A stretch of 64,000 nt of DNA, taken from NCBI RefSeq assembly GCF_037042905.1, contig NC_087263.1, positions 6,572,001 to 6,636,000 on the forward strand, read 5' to 3'. Below the pieces are notes generated by a model. The model was not told the DNA's origin. It was given only the letters and a program-made list of their open reading frames with translations, and did no database searches. The translations under genes and the position numbers were made by a program. This document shows, in pieces, positions 1-12,815 of this stretch. The stretch's first letter is position 1. The number at the start of each line of letters is the position of its first letter. This DNA is from Lytechinus pictus (lineage: Eukaryota).

Positions 1-1170
1 GTTCAATGATCAATCTACTTCCTAGCAGAAGGGGGATCCTGCTGTAATCAATCCCGACCCATAAACCAACGTGGACCTTATGGAGAGAAAGGGGGAAGAA
101 AGTGTTGTTATGATATCACTTTTAATTTGCTCAGTGAAATCGATATGTTGAGCGGAAAGAAAAACCCGGAGCCATTGTTTGTGATGTAATTGCGATGTAC
201 AAGTAGAATAGAAATGGGTTTCCATTTTCAAGAGAGTGTGTTTGTATTATATATTTCCTCTTTTCTTCCAATGCGAAAATACAGTGTAACAAAACTGATG
301 TAATAAATGGTTGCGTTGGAAACAACATCTTAGTAAAGTTATAACTTAAATTTTAACTTCAGGACTGGTTGTGGGGGAGGCACTGAAAGTAGTTTCTATG
401 CTTTTTATTGAACGTGATGTTCAATAGCGCATTAACCATGTTAATTTGTTGGTTGTGGGCTTTCAAAAAGCACTCGGGTCTGCATGTAAAGAGGTGATAA
501 GTTAACGCACCTTACACATGGTTCATGAATATCATTTAAAAAAAAATCGCAGCCTCTTTCAAGTAGGATGGCTTTAATCCAACAATGATTTCTTTGTGTT
601 ATTAAATCAATTACATTTAGAAATTACATCCGTAAGCTATCATTATCAACACTTCACTTAGAGATCACTGAACACGGGCGTAAATATGGGGGATGGGGAT
701 ATATCCCCACTTATCGGAGAGGGAAAATGGCATGTTGAATCATCTCCCCACTTTTCAAGACAGAAACTTTTTTTTCCGTATCAATTATGTTAATACGTGG
801 ATTCATCTTTAAGACAATGACTGCGGTAAAAATTCTTGAATTTGCCCAATTTTGCAGTCTATAAACGCAAAATTTCTCATGCGGTCTTACGCTCTCACGT
901 TCAATGTATTCTTACAAGAATGTGGTCAAGGTAGATCCTTAGTTTAAGTTTATTGCAAAGTTCTTATAAGTTATCATGAGAGTATGTTTATAATAAACCC
1001 ATTTATGAATTGAATAATTCAAATGACTTTTGAATATACTGGTTACAATTTTGTTCATAAAACAATAAAAACGTACACTGGCGGGGGGGGGGGGCATATC
1101 CTGGTATCATTGTGAAAGCAGGATACTTTTAATCACAATTAACACAACAAACTAATGAGTATATCAATGT

Positions 1171-1350
1171 GGAAGTGCAGTGGCCGAGTGGTCTAAGGCG
1201 CCTGACTATACGTGGAAAGTCCTGGGTTCGTTCCCCGGCCACGGCACCTATGCCCGTGAAGACAGCATTAAAATTGACAATTCTCTTTTATCCTGCATTC
1301 AAATAAATGGAAATGCTTTACGCAATCTTGGTAATTCGGTGTGCACTTCT
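1171..1350 (+). mobile_element. tRNA-derived SINE remnant
   Basis: A box TGGCCGAGTGG and B box GGTTCGTTCCC followed by a non-tRNA body; no proper cloverleaf. Duplicated at 7771. Confidence 0.7.
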
Positions 1351-1499
1351 TTAAAAAATATGAATTTTGCTCGAAATTTTGAATGTTGCATCTTCTCCAA
1401 ATATTAACTATTATTATTTTCCCCCTTTCTGCAATTTTTTTCCTTAGGTTTTCATTTCCATCATTGTGCAAATCCCGCATTTTCGGAAGCTTAAATTAT

Positions 1500-2475
1500 G
1501 GGATGTGATGGCCTTTGAATCATTTCATGAGGCACCGTAGTTTCCATAATCATGACCCTTTTTTTTTATATCCAGATCTAAAAAGGGACATTGTAAGCAA
1601 TTTTTTTTTATAATACGTACCTGTCTCGCTAAAGAAACAATACGAGCGCAAAGCGCGAGCTGAAATATTTGTATATATTGACCCCAAACAGGGACATTTT
1701 AAGGACTATATTTTAGGAATCCATTAAGAGTATACATATTTCACCATAGTCGTCTAATGCGAGTGCCAAGCGTTTGCTGATTTTAGAATTACATCTGATG
1801 TTAGAATTACATCTAATTTTAGAATAACATCTAATTTTAGAATTACATCTGATGTTAGAATTACATCTAAGCACAGGAATTAATTGTCATTGTAATCATG
1901 ATTAAGATACGCATCTCACTAATCAAATATTGCGACCGTGAAGCGCGAGCTGAAAATTTAGAAAAATTAAGACATGAAGAGTGGCATTTTAAGGATTGTT
2001 TGTAGGATCTCACGAATACCATACGTATTTCATTAATCAAACGATGCGAGCACGAAGTGTGAGCTAAAATTTCGTGTATATATTGACTCCAAAAAGATAT
2101 ATTTCAAAGACTAATTTCAAGGAATCCATTAAAAGTATACATATCTCACCATAGTCATCTAATGCGAGTGCCAAGCGCTTGCTGATTTTGTTAGAATTAC
2201 ATCTAAACACATGAAGCACTTTTTGTAGTCATTATAATCATGATTATCATACGCCTCTCACTAATCAAATATTGCGAGCGCGAGCTGAAAATTTAGGAAA
2301 TTCAGACCTGAAGAGGGGCATTATAAGGCTTGTTTGTAGGAATTCACTAAGGCCATACGTATTTTACTAACCAAATGATGCGAGCGCGGAGCGCGAGCCG
2401 AAATTTTTTGATATTCCGATCAGAAAATGGGACATATTAAGGACTGATTTGAGGAATTCATGAAGAGCAGACAAA
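1500..2475. repeat. Interspersed repeat with internal subrepeats (GCGAGCGCGxAGCGCGAGCTGAAA motif); duplicated at ~8100-9025
   Basis: The motif recurs about every 100-300 bp; blocks such as caccatagtc..tctaatgcgagtgccaagcg occur twice within the element. Confidence 0.7.
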
Positions 2476-3253
2476 AGATGTTAAACACACTCCAGAGTTA
2501 AACGTATCAGTTTCAATTGCAAAATTCATTATAGAATAATTGATCTTTTCACCCCGTCAGCAAAGTTTAGGTTCGAAAGTACAATCATCTATATACTACA
2601 TGGTGTTTGCTCTGTTTGGTTCGCTTACCCCTGCATACAAGAAACAGTTGGTCTCTGTAAAAGGTCTTTGTGATTTTCAGAATCAACGGGTGATGGATGA
2701 AGGGTATTCCACTACCTGCTATTCAACTTTCAAACAGGTTATTTGTTAGGATCCTGCACACCAAAAACCAAAATATTATACATATTTGCACCTATCTCCG
2801 ACTGCATTATCAGATGCAACTTTCCTCATGGGAAGGGGTTAGTACTTATGCCTGGATTTCCATTGTATTCGCTGATTCTTATACCTGGCATACCTATTTG
2901 CCACATTAATTTCCATTGCAGTCAAATCTAAGCAAAGTGCCAAGAGTAGCCACGATTTTTTGCACGTTCAATCAGAATTTACATGTCATTGCCCTTCATA
3001 CGGGGCGCCGGCTTTTCAAAAATGCACGGTGTTCAAACATCTGCAGACGAAATTCAGGACGTTAAAAAGGACAGAAAGATGAAACGGTTTTATTAGTGAA
3101 TAAATTACAAACTGAGTTTGCTTTTCGAAAGGTTCATGTAACATGAATAAAACATAATGCCGATCTTCACATAAGATGGCAATCATTCGGCTGATTTATC
3201 ATTTGATTTGTTTCAGACTGTGTAGCCTTTTTGATCGCAATAAAAGAAGCATT

Positions 3254-3545
3254 GATTGATTGATTGATTGACAACGAATTTATTCATTCCAAAATTTCAA
3301 CAAAGTTACAAAGTAAAGCAAAATATAATATAACATTTTGAAATGAAATAGGAACCTTCTGGAAAGCAAAGCTTGTTATTGAAGGTTTCCTTCAATAAAT
3401 AAGACTTAATGCAAAAAAACAATATATATGTATAAAATACTAATCATATCGTTCTTGTTGAAGTTCAAAATAGATACAATAAACAAGTCATCATATCTTT
3501 CTTGTAAAAAATATATGTAAAAATTATATGTAAATCCTTGTTAAA
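3254..3545 (-). mobile_element. 5'-truncated non-LTR retroelement 3' end flanked by a 45-bp direct repeat (also at 10122-10413)
   Basis: (ATCA)n tail on the minus strand, stem-loop ggaaccttc...gaaggtttcc, and direct repeats at 3209-3253 and 3546-3590. Confidence 0.7.
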
Positions 3546-4111
3546 TGTTTCAGACTGTGTAGCCTTTTTGATCGCAATAAAAGAAGCATTATTTTTAGGT
3601 GTGAAGCAGAAGGAAGAGAAAACGAAGTTAGAAATATAAGTTATTTCTGTTCAAGTTCTAAGTGAGTGACAGAGCTATATCATTCTATGGCTGTGCATCT
3701 TAATATTTTAAAAGAAATGTATTACTCAAAGTATAACTAGCAGGGGGGGGGGAAAGCAAATCTTATCCAACATCTAACTGTGAGAGATTGAGCTGACCAA
3801 GTCCTAGAAACTCTACAGGGGCCGAGTGGTTCATAGGCACCTTTACCTTCTTTGCATAATTTTGCAGGACTTTCGGGTCAGCGGCTTTCACAGAAGTTTG
3901 TTATTGCTGTTGTTGCCATTTTATACCTGACAGGGAAAGAGCAGAAAATGACACGAAACAGTATTCCCACTTCATAGCACGATTACTATCATATTAATGT
4001 TGCTCAAACTAACTGTCACCTAGATACACCATTTATACAACTTTCCATTTTGTATGGTTTCTCTTCCAAAAGCAAAACAAAAGTTATAAGAACAGAAAAA
4101 TAACAACAGCA

Positions 4112-4428
4112 ATAATAATAATGATAATGATAATGAATATTAGGCATTTGTATAGCGCCATCTTTCTAGAAACAATCTATTTCGAGGCGCGTTGTTTTTA
4201 TATTTATCATCATTAATATTACCACGGCTTTAGCTCGAGGTGCCTTTCAGCGCTTGTGCATTCAAGGAATTAAACCTGCCGGGTACCCATTCACCTCACC
4301 TGGGTCGAGTGCAACACGGTGTGGATAAATTTCTTGCTGAAGGAAAACACGCCATGGCTAGGATTCGAACAAAAGACCCTCTGCTTGAAAGGCGAGAGTC
4401 AGAAACACTAGACCACAACGCACCCACA
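4112..4428 (-). mobile_element. tRNA-derived CORE-like SINE with L2-type tail
   Basis: Minus strand: A box TGGTCTAGTG, B box GTTCGAATCC, CORE-like cct..gcaag..tttatccac...gaatgggtacc, then tail ggcgctatacaaatgcc plus (ATT)n. Confidence 0.8.
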
Positions 4429-4647
4429 CGCAATAATACCGACTGATAGACAGACAACGTTGGGTTTACATAAGATCTTTGAACTAAGTAAAGAACATGT
4501 CTCTTGCACGCCTAAGAAGTTGGCCAGTTCTCGGTGTTGGTTTGCTGATCAGTCTGACTGATATGAGTCCTCAAATTTGACTAAGGAAATCAAACAAGAA
4601 AAACAAGCATTTCTTTCTCTCATTTCGAATCTCGAGTTATCATAACG

Positions 4648-5946
4648 TTACTTATTGGCATTGTCAATAATGCTATCCTCGTTCTTGGTACTTATTTTGA
4701 ATCGCTTGAAATCGAATTTCCATCTATTCAGTCCCAAGAATTGGCGAAAATTCCTACTAAAATGGACGTTTGTAGCAGCGTAAATGAAAGGATTCAAAGT
4801 GGAGTTACACCAAAGTAAATTACTGACAGTTTCCCACACACGGTCAGACACACATTCAAAGCCACAGATAGAAAACACTACACTGGTTATGTTATATGGT
4901 AGGTAGCAGATAGTGTAACAACCGACAAGTACTGTAAGAACGAGGGCAGCTCTGCGATGCCTCACTAAAGTTTTGTTATCCTTCTTACTAGGCCAATTGT
5001 TATTTTCTGATTCAGGATTGGGATCCTGCTGCCGAGCTTGGGCAACACTGGGATCTTCTTTCCAGCAGCATTTGGAACGCTTGGTCTCTAAAGCTGGGTC
5101 CAATGAAGATTCAATTCCTTCAAGCTGCTCCGTTGCTCCTTCGGATGATGTGCTTCTTGGTCCGCTTTGTTGTCGGTTTTGTGTAGATTCTTGCTCTATT
5201 CTTGTATTCTGAAATCGCGTTGTCGAGGCGCCATACGAGAGCATATCTGGGTTGATCCTATTTCCGACGAAACCTTTCGAGCGCCGTTTTATGTAAACAA
5301 ACACACCTACGTAAACCACCACCAGTATGGCGAATGGTAAAATGAACTCCAAAAGGTTTACTACAATTGTAGCAGATAAGTGTGTAAGAAACTCCATTTC
5401 ACATTCTTCATCATAGTTCACGTTGTGTTCCCCTGATATGGAACTCCAAGTGAATGCCAATATGCTATATACAGTTATCAATCCGATCCAAAGAGACACG
5501 ACGGTGTAGGTCGTTCTTTTATGACCACGGTTCCTGATGTATTTCACCCCCTTGGTCAAAAGGCAGTAGCGGTCCCAACTGATTAACAGCATAGTCATGA
5601 TCGATACCATGCTTAGGGTGTGATCAATGATGCACCATAGTTTGCAGAAGACCTCTCCGAATGGCCAGTAGTCTAAGATAACCCATGCCAAATTGACGCT
5701 CATTATGACTGCACCAACTAGAAAGTCCGAAATGGCCATATTCAGAATGTATATATTAGCAACGGTTATTCTTATTTTCGGATCGCGAAAATAAGCAAGT
5801 ACCACGAAGATATTCCCGATAACAGTAATTAAAGCAATTGCTGTCAAGATGAGAGGCACAGACCAAGTTGTTGAAAATGGATACTCGTCCAGAGAACCGC
5901 TGGTCGTCGTATCCTCATACTTATCAAAATCCGATGTATTAGACAT
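4648..5946 (-). CDS. Class A aminergic GPCR, histamine H3/H4-like, copy A1 (intronless CDS, ~432 aa from first ATG)
   Basis: Seven hydrophobic segments. Motifs: GN (TM1), NMAISD (TM2), CKLWCIID with D3.32, SWDRY, ECL2 CEMEF, EFILPF (E5.46/P5.50), CYLPY, LLWCNSTLNPFIY. The ORF track starts at a non-ATG codon (5967); the first ATG is at 5946 (MSNTSDF, with an N-glycosylation sequon). Confidence 0.93.
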   Translation of the reverse strand: MSNTSDFDKYEDTTTSGSLDEYPFSTTWSVPLILTAIALITVIGNIFVVLAYFRDPKIRITVANIYILNMAISDFLVGAVIMSVNLAWVILDYWPFGEVFCKLWCIIDHTLSMVSIMTMLLISWDRYCLLTKGVKYIRNRGHKRTTYTVVSLWIGLITVYSILAFTWSSISGEHNVNYDEECEMEFLTHLSATIVVNLLEFILPFAILVVVYVGVFVYIKRRSKGFVGNRINPDMLSYGASTTRFQNTRIEQESTQNRQQSGPRSTSSEGATEQLEGIESSLDPALETKRSKCCWKEDPSVAQARQQDPNPESENNNWPSKKDNKTLVRHRRAALVLTVLVGCYTICYLPYNITSVVFSICGFECVSDRVWETVSNLLWCNSTLNPFIYAATNVHFSRNFRQFLGLNRWKFDFKRFKISTKNEDSIIDNANK

Positions 5947-7770
5947 ATTTGCAGCCAGTATGATCAAACGGAATCAGTAGTAGACAGTTCATGTAGTACT
6001 TGAAGGAATGTCTGCACGATCGTTATACCCTTATCTAATTATTTTGTATAAATTACGATCCTCTCGATCCGGTCACCAGCAAGAATTCCCAAAGCAAAAT
6101 GAAAATAAAGGAGTGTTCACTTGAATGAAGGAAAATGTATTTTGCTTGTTATAACTGAACAACACTTACAGAATTCCCAGCAGGTTTATGAACCTCGGTG
6201 CATCAGAACCAACACCATTCTCTATTCTTGTTGCATCAGCTCTCTTTCACTTTCACTGTTTACTTTTTAACTGCTAATAACAATCAAATTGAACGAAGTC
6301 AGTGACAACCATGACAAGGGCAAAAAAGGCATTGAGAGAGGCCAGAGTACTGGTTTTAATTAAAAAGCTTCGTTTGGCGTTCACGTAAAATGATTGGAAT
6401 ACAATCATGATACCGTCTCGTGATAATCTAAGAAAATGACATCTGTTACTCCAAAGCACAGCTTTTATATGCAATATGAGTGTTGCCCAGGAAACTGAGA
6501 TACTAGTTTCCACATCATCTACATCTTGCGTGATGATGATTCCTATTTAGGGAACAGCCTATCGTCAGATCGAAGCTATACTGTTGACCATGTTGATACT
6601 TGGTTGACTTGATCAATGTTGATTATGGTTCAATGATCCATCTACTTCCTAGCAGAAGGGGGATCCTGCTGTAATCACTCCCGACCCATAAACCAACGTG
6701 GACCTTATGGAGAGAAAGGGGGAAGAAAGTGTTGTTATGATATCACTTTTAATTTGCTCAGTGAAATCGATATGTTGAGCGGAAAGAAAAACCCGGAGCC
6801 ATTGTTTGTGATGTAATTGCGATGTACAAGTAGAATAGAAATGGGTTTCCATTTTCAAGAGAGTGTGTTTGTATTATATATTTCCTCTTTTCTTCCAATG
6901 CGAAAATACAGTGTAACAAAACTGATGTAATAAATGGTTGCGTTGGAAACAACATCTTAGTAAAGTTATAACTTAAATTATAACTTCAGGACTGGTTGTG
7001 GGGGAGGCACTGAAAGTAGTTTCTATGCTTTTTATTGAACGTGATGTTCAATAGCGCATTAACCATGTTAATTTGTTGGTTGTGGGCTTTCAAAAAGCAC
7101 TCAGGTCTGCATGTAAAAAGGTGATAAGTTAACGCACCTTACACATGGTTCATGAATATCATTTAAAAAAAAATCGCAGCCTCTTTCAAGTAGGATGGCT
7201 TTAATCCAACAATGATTTCTTTGTGTTATTAAATCAATTACATTATCAACACTTCACTTAGAGATCACTGAACACGGGCGTAAATATGGGGGATGGGGAT
7301 ATATCCCCACTTATCGGAGAGGGAAAATGGCATGTTGAATCATCTCCCCACTTTTCAAGACAGAAACTTTTTTTTCCGTATCAATTATGTTAATACGTGG
7401 ATTCATCTTTAAGACAATGACTGCGGTAAAAATTCTTGAATTTGCCCAATTTTGCAGTCTATAAACGCAAAATTTCTCATGCGGTCTCACGCTCTCGCGT
7501 TCAATGTATTCTTACAAGAATGTGGTCAAGGTAGATCCTTAGTTTAAGTTTATTGCAAAGTTCTTATAAGTTATCATGAGAGTATGTTTATAATAAACCC
7601 ATTTATGAATTGAATAATTCAAATGACTTTTAAATATACTGGTTACAATTTTGTTCATAAAACAATAAAAACGTACACTGGCGGGGGGGGGGGGCATATC
7701 CTGGTATCATTGTGAAAGCAGGATACTTTTAATCACAATTAACACAACAAACTAATGAGTATATCAATGT

Positions 7771-7950
7771 GGAAGTGCAGTGGCCGAGTGGTCTAAGGCG
7801 CCTGACTATACGTGGAAAGTCCTGGGTTCGTTCCCCGGCCACGGCACCTATGCCCGTGAAGACAGCATTAAAATTGACAATTCTCTTTTATCCTGCATTC
7901 AAATAAATGGAAATGCTTTACGCAATCTTGGTAATTCGGTGTGCACTTCT
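7771..7950 (+). mobile_element. tRNA-derived SINE remnant (duplicate of 1171-1350)
   Basis: Near-identical to 1171-1350. Confidence 0.7.
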
Positions 7951-9653
7951 TTAAAAATATGAATTTTGCTCGAAATTTTGAATGTTGCATCTTCTCCAAA
8001 TATTAACTATTATTATTTTCCCCCTTTCTGCAATTTTTTTCCTTAGGTTTTCATTTCCATCATTGTGCAAATCCCGCATTTTCGGAAGCTTAAATTATGG
8101 AATGTGATGGCCTTTGAATCATTTCATGAGGCACTGTAGTTTCCATAATCATGACCCTTTTTTTTAATATCCAGATCTAAAAAGGGGCATTGTAAGCAAT
8201 TTTTTTTAATCATAATACGTACCTGTCTCGCTAAAGAAACAATACAAGCGCAAAGCGCGAGCTGAAATATTTGTATATATTGACCCCAAACAGGGACATT
8301 TTAAGGACTATATTTTAGGAATCCATTAAGAGTATACATATTTCACCATAGTCGTCTAATGCGAGTGCCAAGCGTTTGCTGATTTTAGAATTACATCTGA
8401 TGTTAGAATTACATCTAAGCACAGGAATCAATTGTAGTCATTGTAATCATGATTGAGATACGCATCTCACTAATCAAATATTGCGACCGTGAAGCGCGAG
8501 CTGAAAATTTAGAAAAATTAAGACATGAAGAGTGGCATTTTAAGGATTGTTTGTAGGATCTCACGAATACCATACGTATTTCATTAATCAAACGATGCGA
8601 GCACGAAGTGCGAGCTAAAATTTCGTGTATATATTGACTCCAAAAAGATATATTTCAAAGACTAATTTTAAGGAATCCATTAAAAGTATACATATCTCAC
8701 CATAGTCATCTAATGCGAGTGCCAAGCGCTTTCTGATTTTGTTAGAATTACATCTAAACACATGAAGCACTTTTTGTAGTCATTATAATCATGATTATCA
8801 TACGCCTCTCACTAATCAAATATTGCGAGCGCGAGCTGAAAATTTAGGAAATTCAGACCTGAAGAGGGGCATTCTAAGGCTTGTTTGTAGGAATTCACTA
8901 AGGCCATACGTATTTTACTAACCAAATGATGCGAGCGCGGAGCGCGAGCCGAAATTTTTTGATATTCAGATCAGAAAATGGGACATATTAAGGACTGATT
9001 TGAGGAATTCATGAAGAGCAGACAAAAGATGTTAAACACACTCCAGGGTTAAACGTATCAGTTTTAATTGCAAAATTCATTATAGAATAATTGATCTTTT
9101 CACCCCGTCAGCAAAGTTTAGGTTCGAAAGTACAATCATCTATATACTACATGGTGTTTGCTCTGTTAGGTTCGCTTACCCCTGCATACAAGAAACAGTT
9201 GGTCTCTGTAAAAGGTCTTTGTGATTTTCAGAAATCAACGGGTGATGGATGAAGGGTATTCCACTACCTGCTATTCAACTTTTAAACTGGTTATTTGTTA
9301 GGAACCTGCACACCAAAAACCAAAATATTATACATATTTGCACTTATCTCCGACTACATTATCAGATGCAACTTTCCTCATGGGAAGTGGTTAGTACTTA
9401 TGCCTGGATTTCCATTGTATTCGCTGATTCTTATACATGTCATACCTATTTGCAACATTGATTTCCATTGCAGTCAAATCTAAGCAAAGTGCCAAGAGTA
9501 GCCACGATTTTGTGCACGTTCAATCAGAATTTACATGTCATTGCCCTTCATACGGGGCGCCGGCTTTTCAAAAATGCACGGTGTTCAAACATCTGCAGAC
9601 GAAATTCAGGACGTGAAAAAGGACAGAAAAATGAAACAGTTTTATTAGTGAAT

Positions 9654-9966
9654 TTATTTATTTATTTATTCATTAAAATATCTTTATACAGGATAACAGG
9701 CTCAGGTTAACTGTTTTTCAGCCTGGTCCTGTTAACATAAAATAACAATATATACATAATAGATAAAAGAGTAACTTGGGTAATGTACAGTAATGAGTGT
9801 ATTCAATAACATTTAAAATCAGAATTATCATTAATACAAAATTGTTTAGAGATAAAATACACTACCAGTCACAATTTCCAGACTCAGCACCACCTGCCTC
9901 AGCCAGAGAACAATAGAATCAGCATGATCAGTGGACCAAATCCATTGCTCTCCGGCCGAAAAAGGC
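9654..9966 (-). mobile_element. Copy-specific 313-bp insertion, probable non-LTR retroelement 3' end
   Basis: Absent at the homologous site (~3100). AAT duplicated at the flanks, (TAAA)n tail, and hairpin cagga..caggct...agcctg.tcctg. Confidence 0.75.
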
Positions 9967-10962
9967 AATAAATTACAAACTGAGTTTGCTTTTCGAAAGG
10001 TTCATGTAACATGAATAAAACATAATGCCGATCTTCACATAAGATGGCAATCATTCGGCTGATTTATCATTTGATTTGTTTCAGACTGTGTAGCCTTTTT
10101 GATCGCAATAAAAGAAGCATTGATTGATTGATTGATTGACAACGAATTTATTCATTCCAAAATTTCAACAAAGTTACAAAGTAAAGCAAAATATAATATA
10201 ACATTTTGAAATGAAATAGGAACCTTCTGGAAAGCAAAGCTTGTTATTGAAGGTTTCCTTCAATAAATAAGACTTAATGCAAAAAAACAATATATATGTA
10301 TAAAATACTAATCATATCGTTCTTGTTGAAGTTCAAAATAGATACAATAAACAAGTCATCATATCTTTCTTGTAAAAAATATATGTAAAAATTATATGTA
10401 AATCCTTGTTAAATGTTTCAGACTGTGTAGCCTTTTTGATCGCAATAAAAGAAGCATTATTTTTAGGTGTGAAGCAGGAGGAAGAGAAAACGAAGTTAGA
10501 AATATAAGTTATTTCTGTTCAAGTTCTATGTGAGTGACAGAGCTATACCATTCTATGGCTATGCATCTTAATATTCTAAAAGAAATGTATTACTCAAAGT
10601 ATAACTAGCAGGGGGGGGGGAAGCAAATCTTATCCAACATCTATCTGTGAGAGATTGAGCTGACCAAGTCCTAGAAACTGTACAAGGTCCAAGTGATTCA
10701 TAGGCACCTTTACCTTCTTTGCATAATTCGGGTCAGCGGCTTTCACAGCAGTTTGTTATTGCTGTTGTTGCCATTTTATACCTGACAGGGAAAGAGCAGA
10801 AAATGACACGAAACAGTATTCCCACTTCATAGCACGATTACTATCATATTAATGTTGCTCAAACTGTCACCTAGATACACCATTTATACAACTTTCCATT
10901 TTGTATGGTTTCTCTTCCAAAAGAAAATCAAAAATTATAAGAACAGAAAAATAACAACAGCA

Positions 10963-11280
10963 ATAATAATAATGATAATGATAATGAATATTAGGCATTT
11001 GTATAGCGCCATCTTTCTAGAAATAATATATTTCGAGGCGCGTTGTTTTTATTTTTATCATCATTAATATTACCCCGGCTTTAGCTCGAGGTGCCTTTCA
11101 GCGCTCGTGCATTCAAGGAATTAAACCTGCCGGGTACCCATTCACCTCACCTGGGTCGAGTGCAACACAGTGTGGATACATTTCTTGCTGAAGGAAAACA
11201 CGCCATGGCTAGGATTCGAACAAAAGACCCTCTGCTTGAAAGGTGAGAGTCAGAACCACTAGACCACAACGCACCCACAC
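10963..11280 (-). mobile_element. tRNA-derived CORE-like SINE (duplicate of 4112-4428)
   Basis: Near-identical to the A1-unit copy. Confidence 0.8.
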
Positions 11281-11498
11281 GCAATAATACCGACTGATAG
11301 ACAGACAAAGTTGGGTTTACATAAGATCTTTGAACTAAGTACAGAACATGTCTCTTGCACGCCGAAGAAGTTGGCCAGTTCTCGGTGTTGGTTTGCTGAT
11401 CAGTCTGACTGATATGAGTCCTCAAATTTGACTAAGGAAATCAAACAAGAAAAACAAGCATTTCTTTCTCTCATTTCGAATCTCGAGTTATCATAGCG

Positions 11499-12815
11499 TT
11501 ACTTATTGGCATTGTCAATAATGCTATCCTCGTTCTTGGTACTTATTTTGAATCGCTTGAAATCGAATTTCCATCTATTCAGTCCCAAGAATTGGCGAAA
11601 ATTCCTCCTAAAATGGACGTTTGTAGCAGCGTAAATGAAAGGATTCAAAGTGGAGTTACACCAAAGTAAATTACTGACAGTTTCCCACACACGGTCAGAC
11701 ACACATTCAAAGCCACAGATAGAGAACACTACACTGGTTATGTTATATGGTAGGTAGCAGATAGTGAAACAACCGACAAGTACTGTAAGAACGAGGGCAG
11801 CTCTGCGATGCCTCACTAAAGTTTTGTTAACCTTCTTACTAGGCCAATTGTTATTTTCTGATTCAGGACTAGGATCCTGCTGCCGAGCTTGGGCAACACT
11901 TGGATCTTCTTTCCAGCAGCATTTGGAATGCTTGGTCTCTAAAGCTGGATCCAATGAAGATTCAATTCCTCCAAGCTGCATATAATTAGGTGTTGCTCCT
12001 TCGGATGATGTGCTTCTAGGTCCGCTTTGTTGTCGGTCTTGTGTAGATTTGTGCTCCATTCTTGTATTCTTAAATCGCGTTGTCGAGGCGTCATACGACA
12101 GCATATCTGGATTGATTCTATTTCCGACAAAACCTTTCGAGCGACGTTTTATGTTAACAAACACACCTACGTAAACCACCACCAGTATGGCGAATGGTAA
12201 AATGAACTCCAAAAGGTTTACTACAATTGTAGCAGATAGGTGTGTTAGAAACTCCATTTCACATTCTTCATCATAGTTCACGTTGTGTTCCCCTGTTATG
12301 GAACTCCAAGTGAATGCCAATATGCTATATACAGTTATCAATCCAATCCAAAGAGACACGACGGTGTAGGTCGTTCTTTTATGACCACGGTTCTTGATGT
12401 ATTTCGCCCCCTTGGTCAAAAGGCAGTAGCGGTCCCAACTGATTAACAGCATAGTCATAATCGATACCATGCTTAGGGTATGATCAAGGATGCACCATAG
12501 TTTGCAGAAGACCTCTCCGAATGGCCAGTAGTCTAGGATAACCCATGCCAAATTGACGCTCATTATGACTGCACCAACTAGAAAGTCCGAAATGGCAATA
12601 TTCAGAATGTATAAATTAGCAACGGTTATTCTTATTTTCGGATCGCGAAAATAAGCAAGAACCACAAAGAGATTCCCGATAACAGTAATTAAAGAAATTG
12701 CTGTCAAGATGAGAGGCACAGACCAAGTTGTTGAAAATTGATATTCGTCCAGAGAACCGCTGGTCGTCGTATCCTCATGCTTATACATCATATCAAAATC
12801 CGATGTATTAGACAT
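11499..12815 (-). CDS. Class A aminergic GPCR, histamine H3/H4-like, copy A2
   Basis: Close paralog of A1 with the same motifs and small in-frame indels in the N-terminus and ICL3. First ATG at 12815. Confidence 0.93.
   Translation of the reverse strand: MSNTSDFDMMYKHEDTTTSGSLDEYQFSTTWSVPLILTAISLITVIGNLFVVLAYFRDPKIRITVANLYILNIAISDFLVGAVIMSVNLAWVILDYWPFGEVFCKLWCILDHTLSMVSIMTMLLISWDRYCLLTKGAKYIKNRGHKRTTYTVVSLWIGLITVYSILAFTWSSITGEHNVNYDEECEMEFLTHLSATIVVNLLEFILPFAILVVVYVGVFVNIKRRSKGFVGNRINPDMLSYDASTTRFKNTRMEHKSTQDRQQSGPRSTSSEGATPNYMQLGGIESSLDPALETKHSKCCWKEDPSVAQARQQDPSPESENNNWPSKKVNKTLVRHRRAALVLTVLVGCFTICYLPYNITSVVFSICGFECVSDRVWETVSNLLWCNSTLNPFIYAATNVHFRRNFRQFLGLNRWKFDFKRFKISTKNEDSIIDNANK

Noticed and set aside
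22-2931. Small ORFs repeated in each A unit (for example MKMETHFYS..., MAEWSKAPDY...)
   Set aside because: They recur only because of the segmental duplication, mostly start at non-ATG codons, and are disrupted or altered between copies.
6121-6170. 5'-UTR intron in the A genes (GTAAGT donor at ~6169 on the minus strand)
   Set aside because: The nearest plausible acceptor gives an intron of only ~49 nt; not supportable without transcripts.
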